IMG/VR virus record: IMGVR_UViG_3300009082_000002
Coordinates: 1-64,000 of that record
Origin: a virus
Direction: 5' to 3' (one strand)
Length of the DNA: 64,000 nucleotides
Below the pieces are notes generated by a model. That model was not told the DNA's origin and did no database searches. It worked only from the letters and a program-made list of their open reading frames with translations. Position numbers and translations under genes: made by a program. How positions within the stretch are numbered: position 1 is the first letter of the stretch; each line of letters opens with the position of its first letter. Positions 28,428-37,541 of this stretch are shown in pieces.

Positions 28428-28792
28428 TGGCCAAGCAAGGGCAGGTCTCCTGCGTCAACTGCGGCGCGACTCGCTCGAAGCGGGCCCGCGAAAACCACGG
28501 ACCCTGCATCCTCGTCCGGCCGCGGCACAAGCCGAGTCAGTACTATTGCGCCCGGCCCGCGTGCCAGGCTGCCGCGAGCGCGTACCTCGGCACGAGCAAC
28601 AAGGATCTTTCCGAGTTCGTGAAGCGGTGCGAGGCGAAGCGGGCCGCGGAGCAGAAGAAACAGGATGTCGAACCGCAACGCAAGCCGAAGCGCATCCGGC
28701 CAACGTCGTCCCCGCAGCAGACGGCGAAGACGCGGCAGCGGCCTGTCGTCCGGCAGCGCCCTGCTGTCGTCCGGCAGCGCCCGGAGGTCTGA
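28427..28792 (+). CDS. Hypothetical zinc-binding protein with RQRPVV repeats
   Basis: CVNC...CARPAC; short repeat at about 28733-28783. Confidence 0.55.
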   Translation: MAKQGQVSCVNCGATRSKRARENHGPCILVRPRHKPSQYYCARPACQAAASAYLGTSNKDLSEFVKRCEAKRAAEQKKQDVEPQRKPKRIRPTSSPQQTAKTRQRPVVRQRPAVVRQRPEV

Positions 28793-29460
28793 TGAGCCGG
28801 GTTACCTTCGCCCGCCGCGGCATCACCGAGCAGCGGATGATCGCGGAGCTTGTCCGCGGTGCGCTCGCGCGTCATAAGACGGACGACGGGATCATGGCGA
28901 TGCTCGCGGCTTACGACGTGACGGACATCCGCGAGCTGCCTGCGATCAAACGGCTCGTCCGCGAGCTGGAGCATAGCGAAGTCGGAGGTCGGACGAATAT
29001 GGACGTCTTCCTCGACTACCGCCGCGAGCAGCTCGACGTCATCAAGGACCTCGACGAATTTGTCGAGGACATCAACAAGGGCGAGGCTCACAAGTCCGCG
29101 ATTCCGACAGCGCTGCGCGCCAAGTCCGACATTATCGAGCGCATACTGAAGGCCGGTCAAGACCTGGGCGTGATCTCGCGGAAGCCGCTCGAAGGCGTGC
29201 TACTCGGCGGCATCGTCGTCGGCGAGCTTGACGACAACGCCATCCGCGAGAAGGCGAACGAGATCCAGGGCCGCTTCGCGGAGCTGACCGGCGCGGTCAG
29301 TCGCGGTCTGCTGCCGGCTGGCTTCAAGTTCACCAAGACGCCAGAGGAGGTTGAGGGCGCCGTGTGTGGTGAGCCAGAGGACGATGACGAGGACGACGAC
29401 GAGAAGAGACCCCTCAAGCGCGACCCGCGCAAGCGGCCGATTCGCAGACGGCCGACTTGA
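28792..29460 (+). CDS. Hypothetical protein, possible terminase small subunit
   Basis: Helical N-terminus, ALRAKSDIIERILKAGQDLGVISRKP and C-terminal ELDDNAIREK resemble TerS-type architecture. Not confirmed. Confidence 0.4.
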   Translation: MSRVTFARRGITEQRMIAELVRGALARHKTDDGIMAMLAAYDVTDIRELPAIKRLVRELEHSEVGGRTNMDVFLDYRREQLDVIKDLDEFVEDINKGEAHKSAIPTALRAKSDIIERILKAGQDLGVISRKPLEGVLLGGIVVGELDDNAIREKANEIQGRFAELTGAVSRGLLPAGFKFTKTPEEVEGAVCGEPEDDDEDDDEKRPLKRDPRKRPIRRRPT

Positions 29461-30572
29461 TGCCTCACATTGCCAGCCAGCAGAAGGCCCGCATTTTCTC
29501 TGTTCCGTGGGAGTGGGAACAAGCCGTCGCGGTCCTGCTCAACCTCGCCGAGGTCTGGTCCCGCCGGCCTATCGTGCGGCCGACGTCGACCGAGATTGCT
29601 GCCGATGAAGGCTTGTCGAATCGCGGTTTCTCGCTCACCAACAACACGCTCGCTCCGCTGCGGCGAGCAAAACTCCTGGAGTTTACTCGCGCGCGGCCGA
29701 TGGGCTGGCGGCTTACGCGGACGCCATCCAGGATCTCTGCTCTTGACATCTGCACCGGCATCGGTGGCCGGAAGACAGATAGCCTGTTCGTTCACCTCGC
29801 GATGCGCGTGCCGCGGTCGCAGCTGCGACGCACTCGCTCGCATCGTGGGCTTGCTGACCCCCAGGCGTGGCTATTCAACTCGCTCAACCAGACCGTCGCA
29901 GAGAAGCTGCGGACGACCTCGCTCGCGAAAATTCTTGCGACCAGTCTCGGGCTTGAGCCCGTGGTTCTCTACCGCGACACTTACGTCAAGAACCGCTACA
30001 CCGTCTCGCTGGCCGACAGCGTGCGACCGGTCTTGCTGGAGTTCGCGCCGCTCATCGAAGTGATGAACGGCGCCCTCGTCGCGTGGACCTACTCCGGGAT
30101 CATCAAGAGTCTGCGCGGTTGCTTCCGGCCTTGGCACGACGCCCTGCCCGAGAAGACCTACGACGAGCCGCGACGGATCAAGCCGGTCGACCTTTTCGAG
30201 CTGTACGAGTTGGTCACGAGCGGAGTCGCTGTCAAGCCGGAGCCCGGCGAGATCGCTCTCTTCAAGAAGTGGGAGCGGCTGTGGGCGACAGAGGTCTGCC
30301 ACCAGGCGCCGGGCAGCATCGCCGTTGTCGAGGGTACGCCGTGGAACAAGCATCCGTCCTTCGAGGTGTTATGCACGGACCGCGCAGCGCTTATCGACTT
30401 CGCCCGCAAGGTCGGTCGTGACGAAGCCGTCGATGGAATCTGCGAAGGCGGGCCAGGCGAGCCCGTGCCGATGACCAAGGTCGCAACTATCAGAAGTGAC
30501 GGTTGCTGGTCCTTCACGGACCGGCGCGAGCGGGCAGAGGTCATTTACCGGCGGCTGGCTGGCACTCTCTAA
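29460..30572 (+). CDS. Rrf2/IscR-like winged-helix regulator fused to an unknown C-terminal domain
   Basis: AVAVLLNLA...STEIAADEGLS...LAPLRRAKLLEFTRARPMGWRLTRTPSRISALDI...LRTTSLAKIL. Confidence 0.65.
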   Translation: MPHIASQQKARIFSVPWEWEQAVAVLLNLAEVWSRRPIVRPTSTEIAADEGLSNRGFSLTNNTLAPLRRAKLLEFTRARPMGWRLTRTPSRISALDICTGIGGRKTDSLFVHLAMRVPRSQLRRTRSHRGLADPQAWLFNSLNQTVAEKLRTTSLAKILATSLGLEPVVLYRDTYVKNRYTVSLADSVRPVLLEFAPLIEVMNGALVAWTYSGIIKSLRGCFRPWHDALPEKTYDEPRRIKPVDLFELYELVTSGVAVKPEPGEIALFKKWERLWATEVCHQAPGSIAVVEGTPWNKHPSFEVLCTDRAALIDFARKVGRDEAVDGICEGGPGEPVPMTKVATIRSDGCWSFTDRRERAEVIYRRLAGTL

Positions 30573-30586
30573 CCGCGGAGGACGTG

Positions 30587-31471
30587 ATGTCCGACAAGCC
30601 CGTGATTGTGATCGATCTGCCAGGAGTTCTGCTCAACGAAATCGGAGACCACATGCCCGACGAGCCGTCGAGCGTGCGGCCTGGCGTACGTGACTTCCTG
30701 AAGGCACTGTGCGAGAGAGGCTACCGCGTCCACGTCTGGACCGCCATGCCAGAGGACCTGGTCGTGAAGTGGCTGGCCGTGCACGGGCTTGACCGCTATG
30801 TCGAGGCTGCACACTTCGGCAAGGCGCCGCGCGCGATCCTTCTCGACCCTTTCGCCGTCCTGTTCGACGGGCAGTGGGGCCACGCCCTCGGCCTGCTCGA
30901 AGGCGTCAAGCCGTACTGGGAGACTCCCACCGAACAGCCGCCTGTCCACGGCCGCCCGGCCTTCGTGAAACCCAAGCTCGACTCGGCCATCGCGCTCGGG
31001 CTCCGTCTGCGGCAGGCCGAGGAGCGCGTGGCGACGGATCTGATCACGCGGCTCGTCGTGCGGGCCAAGGATGCGGAGTGGGAGCAGGACAGGATCGACG
31101 AGCTGATCGTCCTGCTCGAATCCTGGTTTCAGGAGCGCGAGTGGCACTTGCTCGACATCGCCAAGGCGGAAAACGAGGAGCTGCGCTCGCTGGTCCGAGA
31201 GACAGGACAGCGGCTCGGCCAGATCACGGCGGGCCAGATCTCGATGCTGAAGGAGCTGCAGACCTACCGAAAGGAGCTGCCGGAGCTGAAGCGCGCGCTG
31301 GCCGAAGCCGAGGCCAGGCTGGACGCAGCCAACGCGACGGTCGATCTCATGCGCGACCAGGCCGCGCAGCGCCGGGCCGGAAGTCCACCTGGGGAGCCTG
31401 ACGCGAATCATCAACCGGACGAGCTGCCGGACGTCATCGGCGGCGAGCTGGACGGAGATCGGGAGCCATGA
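30587..31471 (+). CDS. HAD-like domain (degenerate) plus coiled coil
   Basis: VIVIDLPGVL; PGVRDFLKAL; VHVWTA; K...ILLDP. Confidence 0.6.
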   Translation: MSDKPVIVIDLPGVLLNEIGDHMPDEPSSVRPGVRDFLKALCERGYRVHVWTAMPEDLVVKWLAVHGLDRYVEAAHFGKAPRAILLDPFAVLFDGQWGHALGLLEGVKPYWETPTEQPPVHGRPAFVKPKLDSAIALGLRLRQAEERVATDLITRLVVRAKDAEWEQDRIDELIVLLESWFQEREWHLLDIAKAENEELRSLVRETGQRLGQITAGQISMLKELQTYRKELPELKRALAEAEARLDAANATVDLMRDQAAQRRAGSPPGEPDANHQPDELPDVIGGELDGDREP

Positions 31472-32385
31472 AGCAGGCATACATCGAAAAGAGCTTCCGC
31501 GCGGCATCGCTCTCGATCATCACGCACGCGCTGGAGATCATCAACGAGTACGCCGCCGAGGGTTACTCGCTCTCGCTGCGCCAGCTCTTTTACCAGTTCG
31601 TCTCGCGCGACCTCCTGCCGAACACGCAGAAGAGTTACAAGATGCTCGGCGGCGTGATCAGTGACGGCCGGCTGTGCGGGCTGATCGACTGGGACGCCAT
31701 CGAGGACCGTGGCCGCGAGACCGACCGCCGGACGCGGACGTTCTGGTCGAGCCCGCGCGCTATCCTCGAAGCCTGCGCGGATCAATTCAGGATCGACCGC
31801 TGGCTCACGCAGCCGTACCACGTCGAGGTCATTGTCGAGAAGCAGGCGCTCGAAGGCGTGCTGGTTCCGGTGTGTGCCGAGCTCGGCGTCCGCTTCACGG
31901 CGAACAAGGGCTACAGCTCACAATCCTTCATGCGCGCGAAGGGCGTTGAGCTGCTGGAGTGGCGCGCGAAACACCACAAGGAGATCGTGGTCTTCTACTT
32001 GGGCGACCATGACCCGTCCGGGCTTGACATGGATCGCGACGTCCGTGAGCGACTGGAGATGTTCAGCGAAGGTCCGGTCGAGGTGCGGCGACTGGCGCTC
32101 ACGCGCGAGCAGATCGACCGCTGGAGCCCGCCGCCTAACCCGGCCAAGTTCACCGACTCGCGCGCCGACGCGTACATCGTGGAGCATGGCCGCCAGTCGT
32201 GGGAGCTTGACGCAATCGAGCCGCGCGATCTGGCGCGGCTGGTCAGCGAGGCCGTCCTCGCGTACCGCGACGAGCCGCTCTGGGTTCGCGAGTGCCGCCG
32301 CGAGAGCACCATGGTCGACGACCTGAAGAAGATGGCCAAGCGCTACAAGGACCCGGCGATCGACGACGAGAGCGAGGAGGATTAA
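31468..32385 (+). CDS. Topoisomerase VI subunit A/Spo11-like TOPRIM protein
   Basis: LSLRQLFY; EVIVEKQAL; KGYSS; YLGDHDPSG; WELDAI. Confidence 0.8.
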   Translation: MKQAYIEKSFRAASLSIITHALEIINEYAAEGYSLSLRQLFYQFVSRDLLPNTQKSYKMLGGVISDGRLCGLIDWDAIEDRGRETDRRTRTFWSSPRAILEACADQFRIDRWLTQPYHVEVIVEKQALEGVLVPVCAELGVRFTANKGYSSQSFMRAKGVELLEWRAKHHKEIVVFYLGDHDPSGLDMDRDVRERLEMFSEGPVEVRRLALTREQIDRWSPPPNPAKFTDSRADAYIVEHGRQSWELDAIEPRDLARLVSEAVLAYRDEPLWVRECRRESTMVDDLKKMAKRYKDPAIDDESEED

Positions 32386-32386
32386 G

Positions 32387-32770
32387 ATGTGGATCTTCAG
32401 TGAGCACGGCTTCTTCAGCATCGTTGTGGACCGCTTCGGCACCGACCCGAACGTGATGCTGGTACGCGCGCGGTGCGAGGCCGACCTCGACCGCTTCGGC
32501 GACCTGCTGCCGTCGAGCGGCTGGGTGGCGAAGCCCTGGTACGCACACGACGCCGACTACCACTGGCGCGCGCTGGCCGACCGCGGCGACGTGGCCGAGG
32601 CCTTGGTCGCGATGATGCGCGGGCTGGAGTACACCAACTTCAAGGCGCACGTCGCGCGCTCGCCGTCTGGCCTCGCCGAGGGTAGGCTTCACGCCTTGCA
32701 CGCGGTCTGGCTGGCGATGGCCGAGTTCGGCGACAAGTTCTGCCAGCCCACGAAGAAGGCGAAGCGATGA
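32387..32770 (+). CDS. Conserved-looking hypothetical protein
   Basis: MWIFSEHGFFSIV...VRAR...DYHWRA...YTNFK; good RBS. Confidence 0.7.
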   Translation: MWIFSEHGFFSIVVDRFGTDPNVMLVRARCEADLDRFGDLLPSSGWVAKPWYAHDADYHWRALADRGDVAEALVAMMRGLEYTNFKAHVARSPSGLAEGRLHALHAVWLAMAEFGDKFCQPTKKAKR

Positions 32771-33129
32771 TCCATCCGGTCGACGAGTTCAGCGGCGCGC
32801 GGCAAGCCCTTCTCGATCTGCTCTGGGATCTGAAGTGGCACAGCCGCAACACGCTGGAAACCGTAGCGGGCAACCGCTACGGTGCGCGGCTGTACGAGTT
32901 GCGTCGGCTGGGTTGGATCATCGACTCGCACCCGCATCCGCACGGCAAGGGCAAGTTGTACCGGCTGTGCCAGCATCGGAAGGGCGTGCATGCCGTGAAG
33001 CGGGTCAAGGTGCTGTTCTTTGAGCGCGATGCCGATGTGCTCATCGAGACCGGCACGCTGACGCGGTCCGCTACGCGTTCGCTGCGTCGCGCGCTCGCGT
33101 CCTTCCGGCGGCACAGGGAGAAGCTGTGA
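32767..33129 (+). CDS. Helix-turn-helix protein
   Basis: NRYGARLYELRRLGWIIDS...YRL. Confidence 0.65.
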   Translation: MIHPVDEFSGARQALLDLLWDLKWHSRNTLETVAGNRYGARLYELRRLGWIIDSHPHPHGKGKLYRLCQHRKGVHAVKRVKVLFFERDADVLIETGTLTRSATRSLRRALASFRRHREKL

Positions 33130-33398
33130 GTAGCCAGGGCGAAGACGAGATCCTGTGGCTGGCGGCGCTCGCCTGCGCGCGGACGGCCGACGCGCTGGTT
33201 TCGGTGCGTCACTTCGAGGTTGTCGCGGCTCTGGCTGGAATCGAAGCCGCAGTCGAGAACGCCCACGGGTGCTGGTGCCGCGCGAAGGATGCGAACGCCG
33301 GGCCGTGCGCTTGCTGTGAGCTGCGCGAGCTGCTCGGCATCGCGCAGCCGCGCGAGAGCAGGTTCTATCGAGGCGAACCGTCGAGGGCCAGGGGGTGA
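33126..33398 (+). CDS. Hypothetical protein
   Basis: Coupled start. Confidence 0.45.
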   Translation: MSSQGEDEILWLAALACARTADALVSVRHFEVVAALAGIEAAVENAHGCWCRAKDANAGPCACCELRELLGIAQPRESRFYRGEPSRARG

Positions 33399-33402
33399 TG
33401 GA

Positions 33403-33885
33403 ATGAGCGCTACCGTATTCGCTCGCCAGCCCGACCGGTACGAGATCGTTGCGCTGCCAGTCGAGCGCAAGCCCGGCTGCCTGACTGTCAACCCGACTCT
33501 GGTAGACATCCTCTATCGCGAGACGATCGGACAGATCCTCGCGGAAGGCGTCCAGCTCGGCGGCGAAGCCGGCTACCAGCGCGTCATCCACGGCCTGCAG
33601 ACCATCGTCAAGCTCCGCATGGGAGCGCGAGGTGCAAGGATGCCGAGCGATAGCAAACAGTCGCTTTTGAAGCTGATGGAATCTGCGGCAGGCAAGATGT
33701 TCGAGGTTGTAGTCCGCGAGACCGCGGATGACCTTGCCATGCCGCGCGAGCTGGTCCGCAAGGCCTTCGGCGAGCCGCAGCCGGATGACGGGCCGGAGGT
33801 GACCGCGGCGCGCGAGAAGCTCATCCAGTATTTTTCCTGTGCGTCGCGCCTCGAAGCGCGGGCCGTGGTCAGTAAGGACGTCTAA
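33403..33885 (+). CDS. Hypothetical protein
   Basis: TAATG coupling to the next gene. Confidence 0.6.
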   Translation: MSATVFARQPDRYEIVALPVERKPGCLTVNPTLVDILYRETIGQILAEGVQLGGEAGYQRVIHGLQTIVKLRMGARGARMPSDSKQSLLKLMESAAGKMFEVVVRETADDLAMPRELVRKAFGEPQPDDGPEVTAAREKLIQYFSCASRLEARAVVSKDV

Positions 33886-34313
33886 TGCCGACGCTGGACG
33901 ATCTGCGCGAGCGCTTCAAGCAACACCGGCCGCGAGCGCTGCGCCGTGACAACATCCGGTCGGTGCCGTCCGGCAACGTGCCGTCGACCGAGTGGATGTC
34001 AGTCAAGCCGCTGCCAGCGTGGGCCAGCCCGGCCGACGCGGAGATTCTCGACACGATACGGATCAAGATTCGCGTGTCCGAGAGAACGATCGAGAGGTTG
34101 TTCCGACCGCCGATGAATGAGCGCGAGCTGCGTGTCTTCTTCCTTGACCGCTTGCTCGCGGTGCGCGGCGTGACTTCGCTGTCGCCGGAAGAGATCAAGC
34201 CCATTGCGCGCGACTGCGATCTTTCGTCTGGCGACTTCATCTTCATCGTCGAGGTGCCGCGCCGGTTGCGCGCCGCCCTGGCTGATGAGTTAATCGAGGA
34301 GATCAAATTATGA
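33885..34313 (+). CDS. Hypothetical protein with N-terminal MPTL tag
   Basis: Starts MPTLDDLRERFK; coupled on both sides. Confidence 0.7.
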   Translation: MPTLDDLRERFKQHRPRALRRDNIRSVPSGNVPSTEWMSVKPLPAWASPADAEILDTIRIKIRVSERTIERLFRPPMNERELRVFFLDRLLAVRGVTSLSPEEIKPIARDCDLSSGDFIFIVEVPRRLRAALADELIEEIKL

Positions 34314-34798
34314 TCTGGCACGTGCTCGCCGGCCTGGCTGTGCTGTTCCTGATTCTGATCTACGCGGCCCGCGCCCGCATCGTCCGCGGCAGGAAGATCC
34401 ACGTCCGTGTGCCTGACGAGAGCGTGGCGCAGACGGACCCGCGCGAGGCTGTGCGCGTCCGGCTGCACACCGCGATCAACTGCCTGATGACGGCCAAGCT
34501 CCACGTCGAACGTGGTTTGAAGGCGAAGCTCTCCACGCGGAAGACCGACGAGCTTCGCAATCGGCTGTTGACCGAGCTGGCAGTCGCGCAAGGTGGACTC
34601 GCCGAGCTGTTGCTCGCTGTCCGGCCCGAGCGAAGCGACGTCGAGGACCTGGAAGAAGAGATCGAGGGCGCGACGCCGAAGGTTGTGCAACTCGACCAGG
34701 GCCGCGGACTGCCGCCCATCGAGAACGGTGTCTGCGTGATCTGCGGGAAACTCCCTTGCCGGCACTATCCGTTCAACGCCGGGGAGCAGAACCGATGA
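34310..34798 (+). CDS. Membrane-anchored hypothetical protein
   Basis: N-terminal TM segment; C-terminal CVICGKLPCRH. Confidence 0.6.
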   Translation: MIWHVLAGLAVLFLILIYAARARIVRGRKIHVRVPDESVAQTDPREAVRVRLHTAINCLMTAKLHVERGLKAKLSTRKTDELRNRLLTELAVAQGGLAELLLAVRPERSDVEDLEEEIEGATPKVVQLDQGRGLPPIENGVCVICGKLPCRHYPFNAGEQNR

Positions 34799-35313
34799 CC
34801 GTGCTGACGCTGCCAGAAGTCGCTGCCATGCTGCGCCTGAAGAACGAACGCACGGTGCGCAAGTGGTGTCGCGCTGGCAAGGTGCCAGGCGCCTTCAAAA
34901 CCAGCGGCGCTCGTGGCCGTTGGCGCATTCCGTCCAGCACCGTCGCGGTGCTGGTGAGCAGAGGAGGAGACATGGTCGAGAACGAGGGAAACGACACGCT
35001 GTCACTGGATGAGTACCTGGCACGTCACGGCTTGCGCCGGCTGCCGTGCGGGCTCCACTCCCGCATCAACGCCACGGCCGAGCCAGTGGTGGAGCTGTGG
35101 GTTGACGCCTGCATCAAGGACGGGAGGCCGGAGGCTGCGCTCATCTTCCGGCTCACGCGGGCCGATCTGGAGATCGTGAGCGCGCACCTGGGGCGGATCG
35201 AGCTGGCCGCTTCGCTCGGCTCGATGCTGAAGGGGTTGGGGCTGTGCTCGACCTCATCCGGCGCCCTGCGGGACGCGTCGAGCATGAAGCCGTCAAGGTA
35301 CATGGAGAGCTGA
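34795..35313 (+). CDS. Excisionase-like/MerR-type HTH DNA-binding protein
   Basis: [32 protein letters not shown]...WRIP; internal RBS+ATG at 34972. Confidence 0.75.
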   Translation: MTVLTLPEVAAMLRLKNERTVRKWCRAGKVPGAFKTSGARGRWRIPSSTVAVLVSRGGDMVENEGNDTLSLDEYLARHGLRRLPCGLHSRINATAEPVVELWVDACIKDGRPEAALIFRLTRADLEIVSAHLGRIELAASLGSMLKGLGLCSTSSGALRDASSMKPSRYMES

Positions 35314-35314
35314 C

Positions 35315-36142
35315 ATGCGCGCGTTGGTGTTCCTGATTCTTCTGGCCGGCTGCACGACCGACGACGGCCAGAACGGAGAGCAAGGGTTGCCCGGCCCGCA
35401 GGGCGAGCCAGGCGAAGCGGGTGCGCAAGGCCCGCCTGGTCCGCCTGGCGAACGCGGCCCGCAGGGCGTGGCTGGAGAGCGCGGCCAAGCCGGCGAGCGG
35501 GGGCCAGCGGGCGCACAGGGCCCGCCAGGAGCGCAGGGTACGATCGGAGAGCGTGGCGAGCCCGGCCTGCAGGGAGAACGCGGCCCAGCGGGCGCGCAGG
35601 GCCTGCCTGGTGCGCGAGGAGAGCAGGGCGAGCAGGGTACGGCTGGCGAGCGTGGTCCGCAGGGTGAACCCGGCGAGCGGGGGCTGGCAGGCCCTGCTGG
35701 CCTGCCAGGTCCAGCCGTGGTCTGGTGCGATGCCTCCGGCTCCTTCGTCGGCTTCGGCAGCGTGACCGATACGCGGCTCTGGTACGCGGACCGGGACGGC
35801 CTGTTCTGGAAGTTCGACGTTGGCTGGCTCACGCACTCGCCCGATGACCTCGCGGTCTACTGGACCGAGCCCGGCTGCACCGGCACGGCCATCGTGGCCG
35901 AGCGAGCCCCGCGCGTCACCTTCCGCACCGATGGCGAGTACCGCGTCCGCGGGCTTGAAGTCGCCAGCTTGCTCGACGTGCAGGCCGCGTCCGTGACGCA
36001 GTTGAGCGGCCAGTGCGCCGAGAGCGGTCAGTTCTTCTACCGTGCGCTACCGCTCGACGCGCTGGCCGTCGTGACCGCGCCGGACCTGCCATTTTCCCGG
36101 CCGCTGTACCCGGCGGTCGGCTCGTGTCAAGAGGAGGAGTGA
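35315..36142 (+). CDS. Collagen-like lipoprotein
   Basis: Lipobox [13 protein letters not shown]; 39 uninterrupted Gly-X-Y triplets; beta-rich C-terminal domain. Confidence 0.85.
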   Translation: MRALVFLILLAGCTTDDGQNGEQGLPGPQGEPGEAGAQGPPGPPGERGPQGVAGERGQAGERGPAGAQGPPGAQGTIGERGEPGLQGERGPAGAQGLPGARGEQGEQGTAGERGPQGEPGERGLAGPAGLPGPAVVWCDASGSFVGFGSVTDTRLWYADRDGLFWKFDVGWLTHSPDDLAVYWTEPGCTGTAIVAERAPRVTFRTDGEYRVRGLEVASLLDVQAASVTQLSGQCAESGQFFYRALPLDALAVVTAPDLPFSRPLYPAVGSCQEEE

Positions 36143-36143
36143 G

Positions 36144-36596
36144 ATGTCCAGACGAAGGCAGTGGTTCGAGACCATGGCGGCTGCGGTTTCCGCCGCGGCA
36201 ATCTACACCGAGAGGGACGGCAAGAAGCACCGCGTCCAGAAGATCGCGTGGAGTTCAAAAGGCGAATTCTACGTGTCGGCCGCGGGTGCCAGCGCTGGCA
36301 CCCCGAAGGCGAAGGGCGCTGCCGCGCGAGCGGCAAGCCAGAGTGCCAAGCTGTCCAGTCGGGTCAGCTCGGCGTCGAAGAAGCACTCCGCGCCAGCGAA
36401 GCTCCGGGCGCCGAAGCGTGGTGACGTCTACCGGGACCGCGACACGCGTATCAACGGCGAGCGCCTGCTCACGGTGCGGGCGATCCTCGATGACGTCGCT
36501 CACTGCGACGTCAGCATGAACGCGGAAGCCACGAATCGCAAGGTGAAGATCAAGCTCAAGCGGCTCGCGAGCCGCGACTACGAGCGGGTCGTCTAG
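36144..36596 (+). CDS. Basic hypothetical protein
   Basis: GAGGAGG RBS; GC3 codon bias. Confidence 0.65.
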   Translation: MSRRRQWFETMAAAVSAAAIYTERDGKKHRVQKIAWSSKGEFYVSAAGASAGTPKAKGAAARAASQSAKLSSRVSSASKKHSAPAKLRAPKRGDVYRDRDTRINGERLLTVRAILDDVAHCDVSMNAEATNRKVKIKLKRLASRDYERVV

Positions 36597-36648
36597 TGCT
36601 TTCGGTGCTTTGAGAAGCTGACCGGCCGGAAGCCGGGGGAGGTAGTCG

Positions 36649-36858
36649 ATGGGTGACGAGCTGATCGGGACCGCGGAGGCTGTGCCAGTCTGCCAGGTGC
36701 GCGACCGCTGCAACTACGCCGACCAGGGCGCGTGTATCTACGCGGACCCTGCCGGCTGGTTCGAGCCCGAGGTCCGCGTGACGCGCTCGCGGAACCCTGA
36801 CCGGCCGGCGTGGCGGTTCGGCTGCGTGGCCTTCGTCGAGAAGCGGAGGCCCGGATGA
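36649..36858 (+). CDS. Small Cys-rich protein
   Basis: GGAGG RBS; coupled to the next gene. Confidence 0.55.
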   Translation: MGDELIGTAEAVPVCQVRDRCNYADQGACIYADPAGWFEPEVRVTRSRNPDRPAWRFGCVAFVEKRRPG

Positions 36859-37169
36859 GCTGCCCCGCCCTCGACCGGCTGTTCTACCGCGTGATCGAAC
36901 CGGACACGCCGGACGGCCTGCCGCGTGCGCGCCGCTTGCGGCCGGACGAGGTGCTGCGGCTCGAAGCGAAGCTCCTGTGCCGGATGAAGACCGAGATCGG
37001 CGCGGTGTTGAAAGAGCACGGCCGCCCTGGTGCAGCCGGCCCAGCGATATCGAAGGCGGTCGCCGCCGCGCTGCAGGAGCTTGCCGAGCAGGAGGGCCTG
37101 GCATCCAAGGCCAGCGTTCACTTCTTGGGCCTCGTCATCGAGGACGATCTGCCCGGCCCGGAAGCGTGA
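36855..37169 (+). CDS. Hypothetical protein
   Basis: ATGA coupling. Confidence 0.55.
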   Translation: MSCPALDRLFYRVIEPDTPDGLPRARRLRPDEVLRLEAKLLCRMKTEIGAVLKEHGRPGAAGPAISKAVAAALQELAEQEGLASKASVHFLGLVIEDDLPGPEA

Positions 37170-37199
37170 GTCGCGCCTTTTCTGGTGCGAGTGAACTGC

Positions 37200-37272
37200 T
37201 TAAAATCATTAGCTGAATCGGCTCGCTAAAAAAAAACTTGCAATTAGCTTTGCGCCGTGTAGAATGGCAGCC
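37200..37272 (+). promoter_or_regulatory. Strong sigma70-type (early) promoter with A-tract UP element
   Basis: CTAAAAAAAAAC, then TTGCAA (37238-37243), 16 nt ending CCGTG, TAGAAT (37260-37265). Same layout as the promoters at 51.8 and 53.2 kb. Confidence 0.8.
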
Positions 37273-37317
37273 ATGGGAAAGAAAAATCACATCGCGTTAA
37301 CCGGAGGAGAGGCGAGC

Positions 37318-37539
37318 ATGAACGATCAAGAGTATGAGATGGCCAAGCGGATCTCGCACAGCAAGAGCTGCTCGGTTTATCGCGACTGGCACGGCGGCCA
37401 CGGTGGCGGATTCATCGCTGCGCTGCGCGGGGAGTTCGACACCGAGGCTGGCGTCCACGAGTGGATCGTGCTCGGAGTTTTCGCTTCGCGTGGCGAAGCG
37501 CAGAAAGCCGTCGCGACCGCGATGGGCTGGGAGGCGTGA
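37318..37539 (+). CDS. Small hypothetical early protein
   Basis: GGAGGAG RBS; alternative in-frame ATG at 37273. Confidence 0.65.
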   Translation: MNDQEYEMAKRISHSKSCSVYRDWHGGHGGGFIAALRGEFDTEAGVHEWIVLGVFASRGEAQKAVATAMGWEA

Positions 37540-37541
37540 CG

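Noticed and set aside
34795-35313. Integration/excision module
   Set aside because: Only an HTH is present; no recombinase or att site is recognisable in the window.
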